This document shows, in pieces, positions 7,962 to 10,618 of a DNA stretch of 10,618 bases (its first letter is position 1; each line of letters begins with the position of its first letter). A program made the translations under genes and the position numbers. The stretch comes from Calditrichia bacterium (GTDB lineage: Bacteria > Calditrichota > Calditrichia > RBG-13-44-9), in the NCBI GenBank assembly GCA_037381445.1, contig JARRQT010000146.1:8617-19234 (forward strand), in the 5' to 3' direction. The notes under the pieces were generated by a model. The model was not told the origin of the DNA. It did not search any database and saw nothing but the letters and a program-made list of their open reading frames with translations.

Positions 7962-9398
7962 ATGAATATCTTATTAATCTATCCTGAGGCCCCTGATACC
8001 TTCTGGAGTTTCCGTGCTGCCCTGAAGTTCATATCCAAAAAATCTTCCGAGCCGCCCCTGGGACTGATCACCATAGCGGGGCTTCTGCCTTCATCCTGGA
8101 ACAAAAAACTGGTGGACATGAATGTATCCGCGCTCAGCGACAGCCAGATCCGCTGGGCGGATTACGTCTTTCTGAGCGGGATGAATGTCCATTTGAAATC
8201 CATGAAAGAAGTCATCGGCCGCTGTAAAAAACTCGGGGCCAAAATTGTGCTGGGAGGGCCGTACTGCACCGTTGACAGCCAGGAATTTGAAGACGTGGAT
8301 CACCTCGTGCTCAATGAAGCCGAAATAACACTCCCCATGTTCCTGCGAGATCTGGAAAACGGCAATCCAAAGCACGTCTATCAATCCGGGGAATTCCCCG
8401 ATCTGTCACTGACGCCGCAACCGGCATGGGAGCTACTGGAAAAAGACAAGTATTCCTGTATGAGCGTTCAATATTCCCGCGGGTGCCCCTATAATTGCGA
8501 GTTCTGCGCCATCACGGTACTGAATGGACGCCGTCCGCGGACAAAAAGCAAGGAGCAGTTTATCGGCGAATTGGAATCGCTGTACCAGTTCGGCTGGACC
8601 GGCAGCGTGTTTATCGTAGACGATAATTTTATCGGCAACAAAATCAAATTGAAGAAAGAAATTCTGCCCGCTCTCATTGAATGGGGGGAATCCTGTGGTT
8701 TTCCGTTCAATTATACCACAGAAGTTTCCATCAATCTGTCGGATGACGAAGAATTGGTGGAACTAATGGCCCGGGCCGGTTTTGATCATGCCTTTGTCGG
8801 TATTGAAACGACCAATGAAGACAGCCTCACAGAGTGCGGAAAATCGCAGAACAAACAGCGCGATCTGGTGGCTTTTATTGTCGGTTTTGATAACGACCCG
8901 CCCAACATTTTCCAGCAGCAGATCCGCTTTATACAGAAAAGCGGGATTGTTACCGCCATGGTCGGCCTTCTGAATGCACCTTCCGGGACCCGGCTTTATG
9001 AACGATTGAAGCGGGAAAACCGGCTGCTCAAAGTGATGAGCGGCAACAACACGGACGGCTCCACGAATTTCATTCCTAAAATGGATTATCACAAGCTGAT
9101 TGAAGGATACCGGGAAATCATCCATACCATCTACTCCCCCGCCGCCTATTACGAGCGGGTAAAAACCTTCATCAGCGATTACCGGAAAGTAAAGCTGGCC
9201 ACCCCTATCAGAATCCAGCCGCACGATGTAAGGGCCCTCTTTAAATCCTTCTGGGTGCTGGGTGCCCGGGAAAAGGGACGGCGTTTTTTCTGGAAATTGC
9301 TGCTGTTCAGCCTTTTGAAATACCCGCAGAATTTCCCGCTGGCGGTGCGGATGGCCATCTATGGATTTCATTTCCGGCAGGTCTCCCAAACCATTTGA
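7962..9398 (+). CDS. B12-binding radical SAM protein (HpnP-like / DUF4070-containing class B methyltransferase family), with an apparent internal in-frame deletion
   Basis: RBS AGGA. N-terminal B12-binding region: TFWSF...PPLGLITIAGLLP, VLGGPY and LNEAE. CxxxCxxC is SRGCPYNCEFC (C175/C179/C182, nt 8484-8507); also FIVDDNFIGN, FVGIET and FIVGFDND, followed by a helical C-terminal DUF4070-like region (TNFIPKM...IY.P..YY.R). Confidence 0.88.
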   Translation: MNILLIYPEAPDTFWSFRAALKFISKKSSEPPLGLITIAGLLPSSWNKKLVDMNVSALSDSQIRWADYVFLSGMNVHLKSMKEVIGRCKKLGAKIVLGGPYCTVDSQEFEDVDHLVLNEAEITLPMFLRDLENGNPKHVYQSGEFPDLSLTPQPAWELLEKDKYSCMSVQYSRGCPYNCEFCAITVLNGRRPRTKSKEQFIGELESLYQFGWTGSVFIVDDNFIGNKIKLKKEILPALIEWGESCGFPFNYTTEVSINLSDDEELVELMARAGFDHAFVGIETTNEDSLTECGKSQNKQRDLVAFIVGFDNDPPNIFQQQIRFIQKSGIVTAMVGLLNAPSGTRLYERLKRENRLLKVMSGNNTDGSTNFIPKMDYHKLIEGYREIIHTIYSPAAYYERVKTFISDYRKVKLATPIRIQPHDVRALFKSFWVLGAREKGRRFFWKLLLFSLLKYPQNFPLAVRMAIYGFHFRQVSQTI

Positions 9399-9846
9399 CG
9401 GGAATGGTTTTCATAAATAAAACCTGATGTCATTGTTCAGCTTCGGGATACACTGCTTCGATATATCCTGAAATCGGGACAAAACGATTTCAGGGATGAT
9501 TCCATCCTCGACGGCTTTAATTCTGCCATCCGATAAGATTCTACTCTCCATATTGCTGCCTTTGATTAGTATTTTCTTTTTTCTATCTGTTTTCAATCCG
9601 GAACAGAAAAATTTTTTTCACTCCGCCGGAATTTCACCAACGCAGTCAGGAAACAAAGTCCGCTTTTCAGAATTTAATTCTTGATGTTTTCCGGAAGATA
9701 TAATGACAATTAGTATTGCAGGTGCGATGATTGACCCAGTGAATTTTTTGGACGGTTAGCAGGATACGATCAGCACACTTTAAAAAAATCGAAATTGTTG
9801 TCAAAATTGCTGTTTTTCAACAAAATGAGTCGGGAAGGAGAAAATC

Positions 9847-10618
9847 ATGGAGAAGGCAAAAGTATTGCTGCTGGGGGGAGGCTTTGCAGGACTTCGCGTT
9901 TTTTACCGTTTGCAGCCACTTCGCGAAAAAATTGAAATCACCCTGATCGATGCGCGGTCGACCAGCCTCGATAAACCAACGCTGCCGGAGGTCGCATTCA
10001 CGGGCAAACCGGTGGAACATGCCCATTTTCCCCTGAAAACCCTAGTCAAGCGGCATGATGCACATTTCATTCAGGCCCGCGTTGAATCCATTGATCCCCA
10101 GGCACAAAAGGTAATTCTGGAAGACGGCACGGCCCTCCCCTGGGATTATTTATTTATCACACTCGGGGCGTTGAAGGATTATGATGCCACGCCCGGTTTC
10201 CGGGAATACGGTTACTCACTGTGCGACGACACGGAAGCGCCCCGGCTGTGGAATACCCTGCAGCAATTCCGGGGCGGCCCGGTCGTTGTGGGTTCGGCCA
10301 GAAGCCGCTGGGGCACCCGGATTGAGGTCACCGATCTGGCAGCTCCCTGCGAGGGGCCGGTGGGCGAGGTGATGTTCATGCTGGCCCATGAGTTTGAAAA
10401 ACGCGGCATACGCAAGCAGAGCACTATCAGTGTTTTTACGCCCGGAGAAATATTCTTTGAAGACGTGGGTGAAAAAGTGCACGCCTCCATGGAACCGCTG
10501 ATCAAAGAGCATGACATTCGGGTTTATACCTCCAAAGAAATCGTGCGCATCACGGCAGATCGGGTGGAATTCTCGGATGGCTCCGGACTGGAAAGCGCGC
10601 TGACCATTCTCCTGCCGG
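9847..10618 (+). CDS. sqr: Sulfide:quinone oxidoreductase-like flavoprotein (type V/SqrE-like), 5' part, truncated by the window end
   Basis: Not in the ORF track because it has no stop in the window. RBS GGAAGGAG precedes ATG 9847 and the frame is open to the end. It begins MEKAKVLLLGGGFAGL (FAD GxGxxG) and contains WDYLFITLGA, GYSLCD (C126, nt 10222) and APCEGPVGEVMFML (C168, nt 10348). Both Cys motifs resemble those of Acidianus-type SQR. Confidence 0.8.
   Translation, partial: MEKAKVLLLGGGFAGLRVFYRLQPLREKIEITLIDARSTSLDKPTLPEVAFTGKPVEHAHFPLKTLVKRHDAHFIQARVESIDPQAQKVILEDGTALPWDYLFITLGALKDYDATPGFREYGYSLCDDTEAPRLWNTLQQFRGGPVVVGSARSRWGTRIEVTDLAAPCEGPVGEVMFMLAHEFEKRGIRKQSTISVFTPGEIFFEDVGEKVHASMEPLIKEHDIRVYTSKEIVRITADRVEFSDGSGLESALTILLP

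Noticed and set aside
8763..9389. 208-aa antisense ORF
   Set aside because: Shadow of the 7962..9398 radical SAM gene with no motif support.
7962..9398. Naming this gene hpnP or bchE
   Set aside because: It belongs to the broad related family, but no hopanoid or bacteriochlorophyll genes are in the window and orthology cannot be established by eye.
9817..10517. Several short ORFs in the track at the right end
   Set aside because: All are alternative-frame or antisense shadows of the truncated sqr-like gene.
1..10618. CRISPR array, tRNA/rRNA, IS element or prophage
   Set aside because: No regularly spaced repeats, cloverleaf or rRNA signatures, or transposase, integrase or phage genes were seen.

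Overview
Bacterial window, probably FCB-group/Calditrichota-like, inferred from the FlgD-Ig/T9SS-like C-terminal tail of the protease. In order it holds: the 5' end of a secreted CarboxypepD_reg-like/TonB-receptor-type gene (minus strand, truncated); an ~890 bp non-coding region; an operon-like pair of a 124-aa exported protein and a 915-aa S8 subtilisin-like protease; a B12-binding radical SAM protein resembling the archaeal Grs/Gms tetraether-lipid-modifying family; an OmpR-family two-component system on the minus strand; a divergent HpnP-like/DUF4070-type B12 radical SAM gene with an apparent in-frame deletion; and the 5' part of an SqrE-like sulfide:quinone oxidoreductase. Three observations stand out. 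(1) The 124-aa protein is a free-standing paralog of the neighbouring protease's own prodomain, a candidate cognate inhibitor or chaperone. (2) Two B12 radical SAM genes related to lipid-modifying families flank a small-loop sensor kinase and response regulator, with an 11-bp-period direct repeat in the divergent promoter; this may be a regulated membrane-lipid remodelling locus. (3) The second radical SAM appears to lack about 15 residues. Family assignments come from motif recognition by eye; no database searches were run.
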